Positions 19,329-31,689 of a stretch of 64,000 nucleotides of DNA are shown here, piece by piece. The stretch lies in the NCBI RefSeq assembly GCF_000007005.1, contig NC_002754.1; one strand, given 5' to 3'. The notes below the pieces were generated by a model. That model was given only the letters and a program-made list of their open reading frames with translations. It made no database searches and was not told the DNA's origin. Position 1 is the first letter of the stretch. Every line of letters begins with the position of its first letter. Both the position numbers and the translations under genes were made by a program. This DNA comes from Saccharolobus solfataricus P2. Lineage in GTDB: Archaea > Thermoproteota > Thermoprotei_A > Sulfolobales > Sulfolobaceae.

Positions 19329-20279
19329 TTAATACCAACCGATGAAATTATCCCATCCAGTATTTTTAATCACGGTATTTTTATATGTTATTAATCTATT
19401 TTCATGAATAACTTGTCCGATAATTAATGGATTAAACGCTAGATATTGAAGTTCAGCTAGCATTTCCTTCACTGGGGAATTTTTGTCTATAATAAGTAAA
19501 GGCAAAAACTCTTCTCCAGCGTATTTTAAAATATCGAGTTCAGTTAAATTTAAGCGAAGCTTTAACGAGTTGAAGACATTTTTATCTATTGGAATTTCGG
19601 TAATATTTATCCCTAAGTTGAAATTATCAACTATTTTATATAAAGATACCATAAGACCGTCACTAATATCAGTAGAATATTTAATGAACTTGCAGTATTT
19701 TTTCATAAAAAATAGTAATGACTTTTTAACGATAGGATGTTTTACTTTAAGTAACGATTCTGGCAAGATTTGTATATTAAAATTGTTTATATAAGAAATA
19801 AAAACATTAGTGGTATAACCAATATAGTCACCAATTACTAAAAGATCACCATCATCAATAACTTTATCACTAATATCACATAAAACTTCTCCTTCTACAA
19901 AAACATCAACCCAGCCATTAGAATCGGAATCATTTAAATCTCCTCCTACATACCTTCCTCCATAATAATGAATAGCATCAGATATACCGCCAATAAGTTC
20001 CTCTGCTTTATTCACATCGAAATCAGGAGGTAAGCCCAATGAAATTAAATAGAATTCAGGTTTAACTCCCTTCGCTATAATGTCACTGGTAGAGGCTGAA
20101 ATTGCCTTCCATCCAATATCGTAGAGTGACATAAATGGAAAAGCGTACGACAGCTTAAATCCATCCACCTTATATCCTCTTTTTTCATTGATGAATACAT
20201 CATCTAATAATTTAATGTCCATATAATTCTTAATATATCTCTTAATAAACTCGTGCTCGCCTATGTTTTTTAGTTTCAC
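19329..20279 (-). CDS. thiL: Thiamine-monophosphate kinase
   Basis: GEHEFI, SDIIAKG, GGDLN, DISDGL, GEEF motifs. Confidence 0.9.
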   Translation of the reverse strand: MKLKNIGEHEFIKRYIKNYMDIKLLDDVFINEKRGYKVDGFKLSYAFPFMSLYDIGWKAISASTSDIIAKGVKPEFYLISLGLPPDFDVNKAEELIGGISDAIHYYGGRYVGGDLNDSDSNGWVDVFVEGEVLCDISDKVIDDGDLLVIGDYIGYTTNVFISYINNFNIQILPESLLKVKHPIVKKSLLFFMKKYCKFIKYSTDISDGLMVSLYKIVDNFNLGINITEIPIDKNVFNSLKLRLNLTELDILKYAGEEFLPLLIIDKNSPVKEMLAELQYLAFNPLIIGQVIHENRLITYKNTVIKNTGWDNFIGWY

Positions 20280-20336
20280 AAAATACAAGTTACTTATCAA
20301 AGTCTTAATTTATTTCCCATAAATAATTAGATTCCA

Positions 20337-20425
<89 letters not shown>

Positions 20426-20479
20426 TCATTTTACTATATATTCAATGGATTATTTAAAGCTTAAAATGCGAACCTTATA

Positions 20480-21853
20480 TCATCTATCTTGAGCTTCTCG
20501 TATTTCTGAACCTTTGATTACGCCTTTTGCATAGCTAATAGCTCTCTCTATTAATTTATCATAGGAACCCAAGTAGTTTTTAGGATTAAGTACGTTCTCA
20601 AGTTCTTGCTTAGAGAAATAACTTAAAATTAAACTATCCTCTAGGCAAACCTCTAATAACGTTTTTCCAGTTTGTCTTACTTTTGACGTCAGTTTGTTAA
20701 CGTATTGATGAGCTTCATGCCTTTTCATGCCCTTTAAGGTTAAGTTTATCATCAGACTTTCTGCCATTATTTGTCCTTTAGTTAAGTTCAAATTCTTTTC
20801 AATATTCTCGAAGTTAACCCTTAAATTCCTCAAAAGACTTATCATACTATCTAATATTTCGTCAATAACTAGAAATTCATGTGATATTATTATCCTCTCT
20901 GACGAACTGTTAGTCAGATCTCTTTCGTGCCATAATGGAATATTTTCTAGTGACGCTACGACAAGAGAGCGTAAAACTTTTGCTAAACCCCCAATCTTTT
21001 CTGACGTGACTGGATTTTCCTTCTGAGGCATAGTACTACTTCCTACACGACCTTCTACGCCTTCACTTATTTCATTTATTTCCGGTCTCATTAGTTCCCT
21101 AACTTCTAATGCGAATCGATCACATTGAGATGCCAAAATTGCAAGATCAGAAGTTAATTCTGCAAATGCGTCTCGTGGAGCAACTTGAGTTGAAATCTCA
21201 TGAGGTCTTAATCCTAAAAATTTCATAACATTCTCTTCTATTTCTAACCCTATATTGCCCCAAGCTGCCATCGTGCCAACTGCACCTGCCATTTTACCTT
21301 TTACTATTCTTTTCTCAACCTCATTTAACCTCTCTAGTGATCTAGAAAATTCATAGATATAATTTGCAATTTTAAAGCCTAATGTTATAGGCAATGCATG
21401 CTGCCCATGAGTTCTTCCTACCATTGCTAAATCTTTATACTTAATTGCTAAACTAACCATCATTTCCAATATTTCTACTACTTTTGTCTTTACTAATCTT
21501 ATTGCGTCTCTAAATACTAACGCATAAGCTGTATCTACAATATCATAACTTGTTGCCCCAAAATGAACGTATCTTCCAGAATCTCCACTTCTTTCTGCCA
21601 TTAAGACTACCATAGCCATTACATCATGACCAATTTTTGATTCAAGTTCATCTACTTCCTCTGGTCTTATTGTTAATGAAGCTTTCTCAACTTTTTGAAC
21701 GTCTTCCTCTTTTACTAAACCATATTTGGTTAATGCTTTTAATAACGCTATTTCTACTTGAATTCTCCTTTTCAAGATTTCTTCTCTACTGAAAAACTTT
21801 CTCATCTCATTACTACCGTATCTCCATTCTAAAGGACATATACTATCCTCCAT
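20480..21853 (-). CDS. purB: Adenylosuccinate lyase
   Basis: GRTHGQHA and [11 protein letters not shown] signature; ATG 21853 preferred. Confidence 0.96.
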   Translation of the reverse strand: MEDSICPLEWRYGSNEMRKFFSREEILKRRIQVEIALLKALTKYGLVKEEDVQKVEKASLTIRPEEVDELESKIGHDVMAMVVLMAERSGDSGRYVHFGATSYDIVDTAYALVFRDAIRLVKTKVVEILEMMVSLAIKYKDLAMVGRTHGQHALPITLGFKIANYIYEFSRSLERLNEVEKRIVKGKMAGAVGTMAAWGNIGLEIEENVMKFLGLRPHEISTQVAPRDAFAELTSDLAILASQCDRFALEVRELMRPEINEISEGVEGRVGSSTMPQKENPVTSEKIGGLAKVLRSLVVASLENIPLWHERDLTNSSSERIIISHEFLVIDEILDSMISLLRNLRVNFENIEKNLNLTKGQIMAESLMINLTLKGMKRHEAHQYVNKLTSKVRQTGKTLLEVCLEDSLILSYFSKQELENVLNPKNYLGSYDKLIERAISYAKGVIKGSEIREAQDR

Positions 21854-21908
21854 GGCTAATTGTAAAGTATGTTCAACATTTATTAACTTATACTGTAATC
21901 TCACAACA

Positions 21909-22922
21909 ATGATAATCGCAACAATCGGTAGTCATTCTGCATTACAGATCTTACATGGAGCCAAGAAGGAAGGTTTTCAAACTATGGTAATAACTGATAA
22001 TAAAAGAGAAAATTTCTACAAAAATTTTAGTTTTATTGATAACATTTATGCATATGCTAGCCTAGATGAAGCAGTATCTATAATTAATGGTATTAAGGAT
22101 TATGGTATATTAATCCCACATGGAAGTTTAGTAGAATACCTAGGCAAGGAAAGAGTAGATAAAATTGAGACAAAAATTTTTGGAAACAAGAAAATATTCG
22201 AGTGGGAAGCAGATCAGAAAAAGAAAATGGAACTACTTAGAAAGTCAAACATAAAGATTCCAGAGATATTTGAAAGACCAGAAGATGTGGATAGATTAGT
22301 AATCGTAAAGCTTAACGGAGCTAAAGGGGGTAAGGGATACTTCCTAGCTAGGAATAAAAGTGAAGTAAAAGAAGGAATTCAAAAGCTCATTGAGAGTAAA
22401 ATGATAAGAGACGAAAATGAAGTAATAATCCAAGAGTATGTCGTAGGAGTTCCGATGTATTTTCAATTTTTCTATAGTGACATTATAAATAGAACAGAAA
22501 TCTTCGGAATAGATATAAGATACGAAACTAACATAGATGGACTTAGAAGGCTTCCTTTTGAGTATATGAAAGAACTTAAGATAAACCCTACGTTTGTAGT
22601 TGTTGGCAATATTCCAGCTGTAGCTAGAGAGAGCTTACTACCAGTTGCTTTAGAGTACGCTAATAACTTCGTTAGAACTACTAAGGAATTAGTACCTCCA
22701 GGGATGATAGGACCATTTTGTTTAGAGTCAATAATAACTGATAATTCAGATATAGTTGTTTTCGAGTTCTCTGGAAGAATAGTTGCTGGAACTAACTTAT
22801 ACGTAAATGGGAGTCCATATAGTTGGCTTTACTGGGATGAGCCCATGAGTATAGGAAGAAGGATCGCAAGAGAAATCAGAGTCGCAAACGAAAAAGATAA
22901 GTTAAGCCTCGTGGTGAGCTAA
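21909..22922 (+). CDS. purP: PurP-family ATP-grasp protein (AICAR formyltransferase-like), paralogue 1
   Basis: [13 protein letters not shown]-terminus, [16 protein letters not shown]. Confidence 0.88.
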   Translation: MIIATIGSHSALQILHGAKKEGFQTMVITDNKRENFYKNFSFIDNIYAYASLDEAVSIINGIKDYGILIPHGSLVEYLGKERVDKIETKIFGNKKIFEWEADQKKKMELLRKSNIKIPEIFERPEDVDRLVIVKLNGAKGGKGYFLARNKSEVKEGIQKLIESKMIRDENEVIIQEYVVGVPMYFQFFYSDIINRTEIFGIDIRYETNIDGLRRLPFEYMKELKINPTFVVVGNIPAVARESLLPVALEYANNFVRTTKELVPPGMIGPFCLESIITDNSDIVVFEFSGRIVAGTNLYVNGSPYSWLYWDEPMSIGRRIAREIRVANEKDKLSLVVS

Positions 22923-23972
22923 ATGAATGTTAAGATAGCTGCATTAGCTAGTCATTCTGCACTTGACGTCTTCGATGGAGCTAAAGATGAAGGTTTTCAA
23001 ACAATAGGGCTGTGTAAAAAGGGAAGAGAAAGACCTTATTTGGAATTTAAAGCAATCATGGATAAATGCATAATTTTGGAAGATTTCAAAGAAATAATCT
23101 CAGATAAGGTACAAAGTATACTACTCAGCGAAAATGCCATAATTGTTCCTAATAGGAGCTTAGCGGTTTATGTAGGTTATGATGGAATAGAAAAAATGAA
23201 AACGAAAGTCTTCGGCAATAGATATATGTTACGATGGGAAGAAAGGATAGGTGAGAAAAATTATTATAAAATACTAAATGAGGCGAAGATCTCTATACCC
23301 AAATTATTCAAACCAGAAGAGATTGATAGACCAGTAATAGTTAAACTACCTGAGGCCAAAAGGAAAGTTGAGAGAGGATTCTTTTTCGCTGTAAACAAGG
23401 AAGATTTCGAAGCTAAACTCAACGAATTATTGAGAAATAACGTAATAGATAATGAAGGTTTAAAAAATATGGTAATAGAGGAATTTGTGTTTGGAGCTCA
23501 CTTTAATCTTAACTACTTCTACAGCCCAATATTTAATAGATTAGAATTAATAAGCGTGGATAGAAGAATTCAAAGTGACTGGGATAGCTTATATAGATTG
23601 CCTGCTGACATTCAAATAAAATTAGGTAGGATACCAAAACTAATAGAGGTTGGCCATGAGCCAGTAACAATAAGAGAAAGCTTGTTGGAAAAAGTCTTTG
23701 AGATAGGATATAGGTTTGTAGACGCCACACAAAAACTTGAGCCCCCTGGGATAATAGGACCCTTTACTCTACAAGTTATGGTGACCCCAGATTTGGATCT
23801 TGTCGTATACGATGTTGCCCCAAGAATTGGAGGTGGTACAAATGTATATATGGGAACTGGGAGTCAATACTCTAAATTTTACTTCGGAAAGCCAATAAGT
23901 TTAGGAAGAAGAATAGCATTAGAGATAAAGCATGCTATAATAAATAATCTTACCGAAAAAATACTAACTTAA
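22923..23972 (+). CDS. PurP-family ATP-grasp protein, paralogue 2
   Basis: [26 protein letters not shown] motifs. Confidence 0.88.
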   Translation: MNVKIAALASHSALDVFDGAKDEGFQTIGLCKKGRERPYLEFKAIMDKCIILEDFKEIISDKVQSILLSENAIIVPNRSLAVYVGYDGIEKMKTKVFGNRYMLRWEERIGEKNYYKILNEAKISIPKLFKPEEIDRPVIVKLPEAKRKVERGFFFAVNKEDFEAKLNELLRNNVIDNEGLKNMVIEEFVFGAHFNLNYFYSPIFNRLELISVDRRIQSDWDSLYRLPADIQIKLGRIPKLIEVGHEPVTIRESLLEKVFEIGYRFVDATQKLEPPGIIGPFTLQVMVTPDLDLVVYDVAPRIGGGTNVYMGTGSQYSKFYFGKPISLGRRIALEIKHAIINNLTEKILT

Positions 23973-24096
23973 TATGTCATTATGATTTTTACGTTAATTA
24001 AGAAGATGTTATCGAAGTATCTAGGTTTCTATAATGACAGATAAGGCATAGATATACTTAAATAAGATAAAGTAGAGGTATACAAAACGGTGTTTA

Positions 24097-25104
24097 ATGC
24101 TAGAATTAATTATTGGAGGATTTTTTGGTGATGAAGGAAAGGGAAAAGTAGCGGCATATTTGGGTATTAAAGATAGACCAAAATTAAGCGTGAGGACGGG
24201 ATCTATTAATGCCGGGCATACCGTTACATATTCAGGGAGGATATGGAAGCTAAGGATCATCCCATCTGCATTTATAAATAAATCTACCGAATTAGCTCTA
24301 GGTCCTGGGGCGCTCACATCGTTAGACGCCCTATTTAAAGAGATGAGGGAAACAGAAACTTATGATAGATTATATATTGATTCTCATGTTGGAATTATAA
24401 CCGAAGATGAGATAAGAGATGAGAAAAACGACCCTTATCTTATGAATGTAATTGGAAGCACTGGCCAAGGCGTCGGTTATGCAGAGAGCAAAAGAATATT
24501 AAGAAAATTAAAGTTAGCAAAAGATTATAAAGAACTTGAAAAGTTTATCATAGATGTTCCTAATAAAATATTGGATTACTTAGATAATGGTCATAATATT
24601 CTTATAGAAGGAACGCAAGGACACTATTTAAGTCTGTACCATGGCGAATATCCATACGTAACTAGTAGAAACACTACTGCATCAGGGGTATTAAGCGAGG
24701 CTGGAATAGGACCAAAATATGTGGATCACATAATAATTACCTTCAAGAGTTACGTTACCAGAGTAGGAAAAGGTCCACTGGAAGGTGAGTTAACAGAAGA
24801 AGATGCAAAAAAACTCGGTTTAACGGAATATGGTACCGTAACTGGAAGATTAAGAAGAGTAGCGCCATTTAACGTTAAACTTGCTAGGGAAGCAATCAGA
24901 ATAAATTCAGCTACAATAGTTGCGATAACTAAACTAGACACCTTATTTAAGGACGCATATAGAGTAAGAGAATATGAAAAATTACCTGCTGAGGCTAGGA
25001 AGTGGCTAGATGAATTAGAAGAAGAGCTAAAAACGCCTATTGGGCTTATTGGAACTGGAGAGGACGCATATGACATGATAGATCTCAGAGAGGAGGTGGG
25101 GTAG
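24097..25104 (+). CDS. purA: Adenylosuccinate synthetase (short archaeal form)
   Basis: [26 protein letters not shown] motifs. Confidence 0.97.
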   Translation: MLELIIGGFFGDEGKGKVAAYLGIKDRPKLSVRTGSINAGHTVTYSGRIWKLRIIPSAFINKSTELALGPGALTSLDALFKEMRETETYDRLYIDSHVGIITEDEIRDEKNDPYLMNVIGSTGQGVGYAESKRILRKLKLAKDYKELEKFIIDVPNKILDYLDNGHNILIEGTQGHYLSLYHGEYPYVTSRNTTASGVLSEAGIGPKYVDHIIITFKSYVTRVGKGPLEGELTEEDAKKLGLTEYGTVTGRLRRVAPFNVKLAREAIRINSATIVAITKLDTLFKDAYRVREYEKLPAEARKWLDELEEELKTPIGLIGTGEDAYDMIDLREEVG

Positions 25105-26514
25105 ATGAGCTCTTATGATGTTGTAATAATTGGAGGAGGGCCTGCAGGGCTATTTGCTGCATATGAACTAGCGGGTTTAGCTAAAGATAACGTCTCTAAC
25201 TATAAGATACTGTTAGTCGATAAGGGAGCCAGAGCAAGTAAAAGAACTTGCCCACTTCTATCACCAAAAGAGAAATGTACATTTTGTGATCCATGCCATA
25301 TCATGTATGGTTTTGGAGGAGCGGGAACGTTCAGTAGTGGAATAATAAACCTAAGGCCAGATATTGGAGGAGAATTACATGAAATAACGAGAAGTTGGGA
25401 TAAGGCACAAGAATTAATAAATTACGTTGACGATATTTTTGTAAAATTTGGAGCGCCGAAGGACAGAGTATTCGAACCAAATATGGAAAAAGTCAGAGAG
25501 ATACAAAGAAGAGCTGCAAAAGTAGGTGCTGAGTTCGTTCCAATTAGACAAAGGCATATGGGAACTGATAAAACACCACTAATAATAGAGAATATTGTAA
25601 ACTATGTCGAGAAGAGGGGAATAAAAATTGGTGAGCTAACTGAGGTTATAGACATAGAAAAGAAGGGGAACAAATTCTTTCTCAAAACTTCAAGAGGCGA
25701 AATAGAATCTAGAATAGTCCTCGTAGCTCCAGGTAGAGCCGGGGCTAAATGGTTCTATGAACAATCTAAAAAATTAGGAGTAGATACCATACCAGGACCG
25801 TTAGATATAGGAGTCAGAGTAGAAACAGAGTCGTTTGTATTTGACGAACTTACAGAAGCTGTGTGGGATCCTAAGGTTATACTATACTCTAAGAGATATG
25901 ATGATAAAGTAAGAACGTTCTGTGTTAACCCAAGAGGATATATTATGAAAGAGGTTTATGATGATGGAACTATTGGAGTTAATGGAGAAACCTATGTCGA
26001 TAAAAAGAGTAATAATACTAATTTCGCATTCTTAACAACTATTAAGCTTTCAGATCCACTTGAGGATACTATAGAATACGGTAAAAGTATAGCTAGACTA
26101 ATGACTAGACTAGGTGGCGGTAAACCAATATTACAGAGACTTATAGATTTTCAAAAAGGAAGAAGGAGCACATGGGAGAGAATAAATAGATCCACTGTAA
26201 AACCCACTCTAAGAGATGTGACACCGGGAGACATAAGCATGGGACTTCCTTATAGGGTAGTAGATAATCTAATAGATGGTTTAGAAAGGTTAGATAGCAT
26301 AGCACCAGGTATATTCTCTTCTAATACGCTGTTATATGCACCAGAAATAAAATATTATAGCGTTAGGGCTGTTGTGGATAATAACATGGAAACTGTGGTT
26401 GATAATCTATTTGCAGCCGGTGATGGAACTGGACTTTCTAGGGGGATAAATGTCGCTGCGGCAACTGGAATACTAGCTGCTAGAGGTATCGCTATAAAAC
26501 TAGGGTTAGATTAA
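25105..26514 (+). CDS. FAD-dependent oxidoreductase of unknown function (COG2509-like)
   Basis: GGGPAG Rossmann motif, [15 protein letters not shown]; Cys cluster CPL...CTFCDPC. Confidence 0.8.
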   Translation: MSSYDVVIIGGGPAGLFAAYELAGLAKDNVSNYKILLVDKGARASKRTCPLLSPKEKCTFCDPCHIMYGFGGAGTFSSGIINLRPDIGGELHEITRSWDKAQELINYVDDIFVKFGAPKDRVFEPNMEKVREIQRRAAKVGAEFVPIRQRHMGTDKTPLIIENIVNYVEKRGIKIGELTEVIDIEKKGNKFFLKTSRGEIESRIVLVAPGRAGAKWFYEQSKKLGVDTIPGPLDIGVRVETESFVFDELTEAVWDPKVILYSKRYDDKVRTFCVNPRGYIMKEVYDDGTIGVNGETYVDKKSNNTNFAFLTTIKLSDPLEDTIEYGKSIARLMTRLGGGKPILQRLIDFQKGRRSTWERINRSTVKPTLRDVTPGDISMGLPYRVVDNLIDGLERLDSIAPGIFSSNTLLYAPEIKYYSVRAVVDNNMETVVDNLFAAGDGTGLSRGINVAAATGILAARGIAIKLGLD

Positions 26515-26540
26515 TATATCACGTTATCACTTTTTAAATT

Positions 26541-27524
26541 ATGAATTTAGTCGAAATTTCAGATATTGATAAGGAAATATTAATGAAACTAGAGTACGAA
26601 TTTCCCTTTGATCCTCAACCTTTTAATATTATTAGCGACGGTTTAAAAATATCTGAGGAGGAATTATTAAATAGAGTTAAAAAATTATTGGAAGATGGTA
26701 TAATCAAAAGAATAGGTATGTATGTTAGTTTTAGAGCAAAAGGAATGGATGGGGCGTTAATTGCAGCACGTATACCTCAAGATAAAATAGAAAAGTTTAG
26801 AAAGATTGCACTAGGAATCAGAGAATTAACTCACAATTATGTTAGAGATCATCCAAAGTTTAACATATGGTTTGTTTTAAAGGCAAATGATAGAGATACA
26901 TTAAACGAGAATGTTAAAGAATTACTTAGTCATGTAGAGAGTAATGATTATGTTATATTATATTCTAAAAAAACATTGAAATTAAGCGTAAAATACGATG
27001 TTATAAGAGGTGTATCATGGAGTCCTAATAATACCATAAGGAGTCTTAGTAAAGTTCCTACTGCTGAAGAATTAGGGATAAACAAACAACTACTAACCGA
27101 GTTATCTTATCCACTAAAAATCTCACAAAGACCATTTAAAGAAATAGCGGAAAAATACAAAATGAAAGAAGATGAATTGGTCGAATTAATTAAGGAATTA
27201 TATGATAAAAATGTAATTAAAGATTATGGAGCAACGCTTAATGGAGAGAAAATAGGAATAGTTGAAAACGGCATGGTTCTACTAGATACTAGTAATGTAG
27301 AACAAGCTTGTGAAAAACTAGCTTTAAACATTCCAGAAGCTACGCACGTAGTACTTAGAGAATCTAATGATGAAAACTGGAAATATTTATGCTATAGTAT
27401 GATACATGCGAGCAAGAAAGAGACTATAAGAAACGTAGCAAAAGAGATTTCAAAAGAAACAAATTCAAGAAGTTACATGATACTATTTAGCCTAGAGAAT
27501 CTAAAACCCGGGATCGTTATTTAG
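26541..27524 (+). CDS. Fused AhbA/AhbB (NirDL-type) siroheme decarboxylase, Lrp/AsnC-like fold
   Basis: Two tandem wHTH + RAM-like units; THNYVRDHPKFNIWF motif. Confidence 0.75.
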   Translation: MNLVEISDIDKEILMKLEYEFPFDPQPFNIISDGLKISEEELLNRVKKLLEDGIIKRIGMYVSFRAKGMDGALIAARIPQDKIEKFRKIALGIRELTHNYVRDHPKFNIWFVLKANDRDTLNENVKELLSHVESNDYVILYSKKTLKLSVKYDVIRGVSWSPNNTIRSLSKVPTAEELGINKQLLTELSYPLKISQRPFKEIAEKYKMKEDELVELIKELYDKNVIKDYGATLNGEKIGIVENGMVLLDTSNVEQACEKLALNIPEATHVVLRESNDENWKYLCYSMIHASKKETIRNVAKEISKETNSRSYMILFSLENLKPGIVI

Positions 27525-28310
27525 CTTAGAGAAAGATCCTTTTATTTTTAATACAGATGTGGATTTAACTAGCTTTTCAATAAACTCACGATTTGAGATA
27601 CCGCCTTCATACTCTAAATAAAAATAATATTGCCAAGGTATAGATTTCAGTGGTCTAGAATAGATCATCGAAATATTTATGTTGTACTCATAAAATACTT
27701 GAAGAACTTTATAAAGAGCACCAGGTTTATGAGGAACAGTAAATAATATCATGGACTTATTTCCATTAGAGTTCATTTCCTTAGATAGAACTATGAATCT
27801 AGTATAGTTATTATGTGAGCTAATAGTAATGAGAACTTTCAAATTATAAAGTTTGGCTGCAAAATTAGAACAAATAGCTGCTGCCTCTGAATCTTGAGAC
27901 ACAATCTTTGCTGCTTTTGAAGTGCTTTCTACAGGTATATATTCATTAAAGCCTAATTCCTTTAACTTTTCTCTAGCTTCGTTAAATGCGTGAGGATGCG
28001 AGTATATTCTCTTAATCTGACTCAAATTATCACTTCTTGCTGCTAGAACTAGTTCTATCTTTTTCTCAATCTCGCCTATAACATATATATTATCATAATT
28101 GTAGAGATTATCAAGCGTTTCATTTACTGGTCCTTCGAGGCTATTTTCTATGGGAACTATGCCTATTGAACTTTCTCTTTCATAAACTCTCTTAAATACT
28201 AAAGATATCGTTGATTCTGCCTTAAGATCTTTTCCTTTAAACAAACTAGCTGCTTCGTGTGTAAAACTTCCCTCTGGACCTAAATAATAAATTCCATCCG
28301 CATCTACCAC
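27501..28310 (-). CDS. pheA: Prephenate dehydratase
   Basis: YLGPEGSFTHEAA, PIENSLEG, NYTRF, ACT domain SRP motif. Confidence 0.95.
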   Translation of the reverse strand: MVDADGIYYLGPEGSFTHEAASLFKGKDLKAESTISLVFKRVYERESSIGIVPIENSLEGPVNETLDNLYNYDNIYVIGEIEKKIELVLAARSDNLSQIKRIYSHPHAFNEAREKLKELGFNEYIPVESTSKAAKIVSQDSEAAAICSNFAAKLYNLKVLITISSHNNYTRFIVLSKEMNSNGNKSMILFTVPHKPGALYKVLQVFYEYNINISMIYSRPLKSIPWQYYFYLEYEGGISNREFIEKLVKSTSVLKIKGSFSKLNNDPGF

Positions 28311-28338
28311 CTAAATCTCTACATAGAAGACTTATAAA

Positions 28339-29556
28339 CTATTCTACAATTTTCACGTCTATTCCCTCGTTTGCCAGATTTGTCAGAAGTAAGGTAATAG
28401 CCTCTGAAGACTGAAGCTCGAAAGTTATATATATTTTAGTGTATCCAGGCAATACATCACTACTGTGCCTATCATGAACAATATCTATTATATTACCTCT
28501 GATCTTAACTACATAGCTTAATACTTTATTTAACTGTCCTGGCTTATCTGGAACTATTACCCTCACTTTGACTACCCTTTTTTGTCTATATAAAAACTTC
28601 TCTGTTAGAGTAGACAATAATGATAAGTCAATATTTCCCCCACTTACTAATGAAATTACTTTTTTGTCTATTCCATTTACTTTAACCTTCCCTGAAATTA
28701 GTGACGCTAATGCTGCAGCTCCTGCTCCTTCTGCTAGCGTTTTACTTCTTTCAAGTAGTAAAACTATTGCCTCAGCTATTTCTTCATCATCCACTAATAC
28801 TATATCATCTACTAACTCATTAATTATACTAAAGGTTAATTCAGAAGGAGACTTAACCAATATGCCATCAGCTATGGAATAACTAGGCTCTATTTCTACA
28901 AGCCTCCCAAGATCCTTAGAAACCTTCATTGAAGGAGAAGAAGAAGACTGAACGCCTATTATCTTGACGTTTGGGAATCTATACTTTAAAGCTATACTTA
29001 TACCAGAAATCAATCCTCCACCCCCTATTGGAATAATTACGTAATCTGGTTCGATATCATACAATTCTAATCCTATGGTACCTTGACCCGTTATCACATC
29101 TAAATCACTATAAGGATGAACAAATATTAAACCAGTATTTTGAATCAATTCTTCCGCTTTCTTCATACTCTCATGCAAGTACTTACCATAAAGAACTACT
29201 TCTGCCCCATAGGATTTTGTAGCTAAATACTTGGAAGCTGGAGCTGTTTCTGGCATCACTATAGTCGATTTGATATTTAACGTGGAGGCTGCATAAGCAA
29301 CTCCTTGAGCATGATTACCTGCTGAAACTGCAATAACGCCATTCTTTTTTTCTTCCTCCTTTAAAGATAATAACTTATTAAAGGCACCTCTAACTTTGAA
29401 TGATCCAGTTTTCTGTAGATTTTCCAACTTAAGATAAACTTTTGCGTTTATAATTCTGGAAAACGTTGTAGAATAATCTATTGGAGTAATATGCACATAT
29501 TTTTCTATTTTCTCTTTTGCTAGTCTAATTCTATCAAAATATTCTAAGTAATTCAT
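28339..29556 (-). CDS. ilvA: Threonine dehydratase with C-terminal ACT domain
   Basis: [17 protein letters not shown] lysine, [12 protein letters not shown]. Confidence 0.93.
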   Translation of the reverse strand: MNYLEYFDRIRLAKEKIEKYVHITPIDYSTTFSRIINAKVYLKLENLQKTGSFKVRGAFNKLLSLKEEEKKNGVIAVSAGNHAQGVAYAASTLNIKSTIVMPETAPASKYLATKSYGAEVVLYGKYLHESMKKAEELIQNTGLIFVHPYSDLDVITGQGTIGLELYDIEPDYVIIPIGGGGLISGISIALKYRFPNVKIIGVQSSSSPSMKVSKDLGRLVEIEPSYSIADGILVKSPSELTFSIINELVDDIVLVDDEEIAEAIVLLLERSKTLAEGAGAAALASLISGKVKVNGIDKKVISLVSGGNIDLSLLSTLTEKFLYRQKRVVKVRVIVPDKPGQLNKVLSYVVKIRGNIIDIVHDRHSSDVLPGYTKIYITFELQSSEAITLLLTNLANEGIDVKIVE

Positions 29557-29579
29557 CTGTAAAACCCTGCCTTCATCAA

Positions 29580-30095
29580 TTACTCAGATCTCGAGGGCTT
29601 CTTCATAATCTCATTAACTTTTGTATTTAATTTTTTAAACGTATCGCTGAGTGTTTCTGGCATGACCTTAGTGTTAAAAATGACCGGCATAAAATTGGAA
29701 TCACCATTCCATCTCGGCACGATATGAACGTGAATATGAGATTCTATACCTGCTCCTGCCACTCTACCTATGTTTACGCCTATATTAAAACCGTCTGGAG
29801 CATAAATATCTCTTATAGCTCTTATTGCAATAGTAGATAAAGTAAATATGTCTAATGCCTCATCATTACTTAAAAGCTCAACTGAAGGGACGTGTCTGTA
29901 AGGAACAACCATCACATGAGCGGTATTATAGGGAAAAGCGTTGAGTATTATAAAAGCGTGTTTTCCTCTATATACTATGTAATTTTGTTCGTCATTTTCT
30001 TCTTTTATTACTCTACAAAATAAGCATTCATCTTGTTTTACCTTGCTAGTTTCAGAAATATATTTAGCTCTCCATGGTGCCCATAAAATATCCAT
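29580..30095 (-). CDS. HIT-family nucleotide hydrolase
   Basis: LWAPWR N-terminus, [14 protein letters not shown] triad. Confidence 0.93.
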   Translation of the reverse strand: MDILWAPWRAKYISETSKVKQDECLFCRVIKEENDEQNYIVYRGKHAFIILNAFPYNTAHVMVVPYRHVPSVELLSNDEALDIFTLSTIAIRAIRDIYAPDGFNIGVNIGRVAGAGIESHIHVHIVPRWNGDSNFMPVIFNTKVMPETLSDTFKKLNTKVNEIMKKPSRSE

Positions 30096-30134
30096 AAGTA
30101 AAATAGACTATAATAACACATAAAATATTAACTT

Positions 30135-31109
30135 TTACTCTTCCGCATCCCTTATTCCTTCTTCAGTTAATGCAAACACTACTTCTCCTTCTGGCAAATG
30201 TGGAGCATCGACAACTCTAGCTATTCTTCTATTTCCTCTACTCTTCTTAAGTTGAATTCTTATACCCGGTACATGATAAAGAGTATGACCACCAACTGCC
30301 ACAGTAGGGTCTCCATAAAACATATCTGGCCTAGCCATTACTTGATTAGTTATAATCACTGCAATATCGTAAACCTCTGCAAGTCTAGTTAATTGGTGTA
30401 AGTGCTTGTTTAGCTTTTGTTGCCTTACGGCCAGATTTTCTCTTCCAGGATACTCTGCCCTAAAATGAGAAGTTACAGAATCCACAACAATTAATTTAAT
30501 TGAAGGGTCTTTACTAACTAACTCTTGTAAGTCATCAACAATAGCTATCTGATGATCCGTATTTATCGCTCTTATATAATATATGTTATTCATAACATTA
30601 TCGATATCCAATCCTAGAGCCTTAGCCATATTTTCAATTCTTTCCCATCTGAAAGTACCTTCTGTATCAATGTAAACTGCCTTACCAGATAAGCCACCTT
30701 TCTCTGGTGGTAGTTGTACATTAACACTTAACTGATGACATAGCTGTGTTTTACCAGACCCAAACTCACCGAAGAATTCCGTCATAGTTCTAGTTTCTAT
30801 ACCTCCAGCTAAAAGACCATCTAATGCTTGACTACCAGTAGATATCTTCTTAACGTTCATTCTCTCCTTTTTGACTTCCAGGGCCGTCTTAAATCTTATA
30901 TCTAATGCGTCTCTCGCTTCTTTAATTATCTTTTGTGCTGTAGATAATGGAATGCCAGCTGCTACACTTAGATCTTGTGGAGATGCAACGGCTAAGGTTT
31001 CTAAGGAAGAGTAACCCGCTTCGATTAGCTTATTAATTACAGTCTGACTAATCCCAGGCAAATCGTTAATGGTTTTTATATTCTTTTTCTGTTCAACTTC
31101 ATTTGACAT
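30135..31109 (-). CDS. radA: DNA recombinase RadA
   Basis: GEFGSGKTQ Walker A, HhH N-domain. Confidence 0.99.
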   Translation of the reverse strand: MSNEVEQKKNIKTINDLPGISQTVINKLIEAGYSSLETLAVASPQDLSVAAGIPLSTAQKIIKEARDALDIRFKTALEVKKERMNVKKISTGSQALDGLLAGGIETRTMTEFFGEFGSGKTQLCHQLSVNVQLPPEKGGLSGKAVYIDTEGTFRWERIENMAKALGLDIDNVMNNIYYIRAINTDHQIAIVDDLQELVSKDPSIKLIVVDSVTSHFRAEYPGRENLAVRQQKLNKHLHQLTRLAEVYDIAVIITNQVMARPDMFYGDPTVAVGGHTLYHVPGIRIQLKKSRGNRRIARVVDAPHLPEGEVVFALTEEGIRDAEE

Positions 31110-31165
31110 CTATTATCACCAGTCACTTATACTAGAAAAATACCTCTACTTTCTAATTTTTATAT

Positions 31166-31687
31166 TTATCCTCCGCGCCTTAAATACCATCCTATATCTT
31201 TAACTGGTATTACCTCATGCACTCCTCTCTTCTTACTTTTAACCTTTGCATAAGCTATAAAATTATTCATTTTATCTACAATTATCACATCTTTATAATT
31301 ATATGCATAATTGATATATATAGGTTTTTTATATATAATCTTATAGATTAAATTGTAATTGAATATAACTAGTTTATTCTCACATATCTCGGCTAAATAT
31401 CTTCCAAAAGCTAAAGTAGGCAAGATCTCAGACATATCGTAAATAATTATTGGTATACCGATAGAGTAGGGATGAAGCCCTTTGCTTAATAGACCACTTA
31501 GGAACTCTAGTAGACGATCCTTATCTACATTATTAGTAAGCATAAATAGCTGATTATATTTGCCTTTAAGTTCATAGAACGACTTGTTACATATAAATTC
31601 ACTCAATTTATTCATACAATTATATCTTGAGAAAATAACCTCAAGTTTAGATCTAACTTCGTCTATCCTAGCCTCACTAAAACTCAT
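31166..31687 (-). CDS. Nip7-like PUA-domain ribosome biogenesis protein
   Basis: C-terminal PVKDIGWYLRRGG typical of Nip7; adjacent to a NOP2-type methyltransferase. Confidence 0.7.
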   Translation of the reverse strand: MSFSEARIDEVRSKLEVIFSRYNCMNKLSEFICNKSFYELKGKYNQLFMLTNNVDKDRLLEFLSGLLSKGLHPYSIGIPIIIYDMSEILPTLAFGRYLAEICENKLVIFNYNLIYKIIYKKPIYINYAYNYKDVIIVDKMNNFIAYAKVKSKKRGVHEVIPVKDIGWYLRRGG

Positions 31688-31689
31688 CC

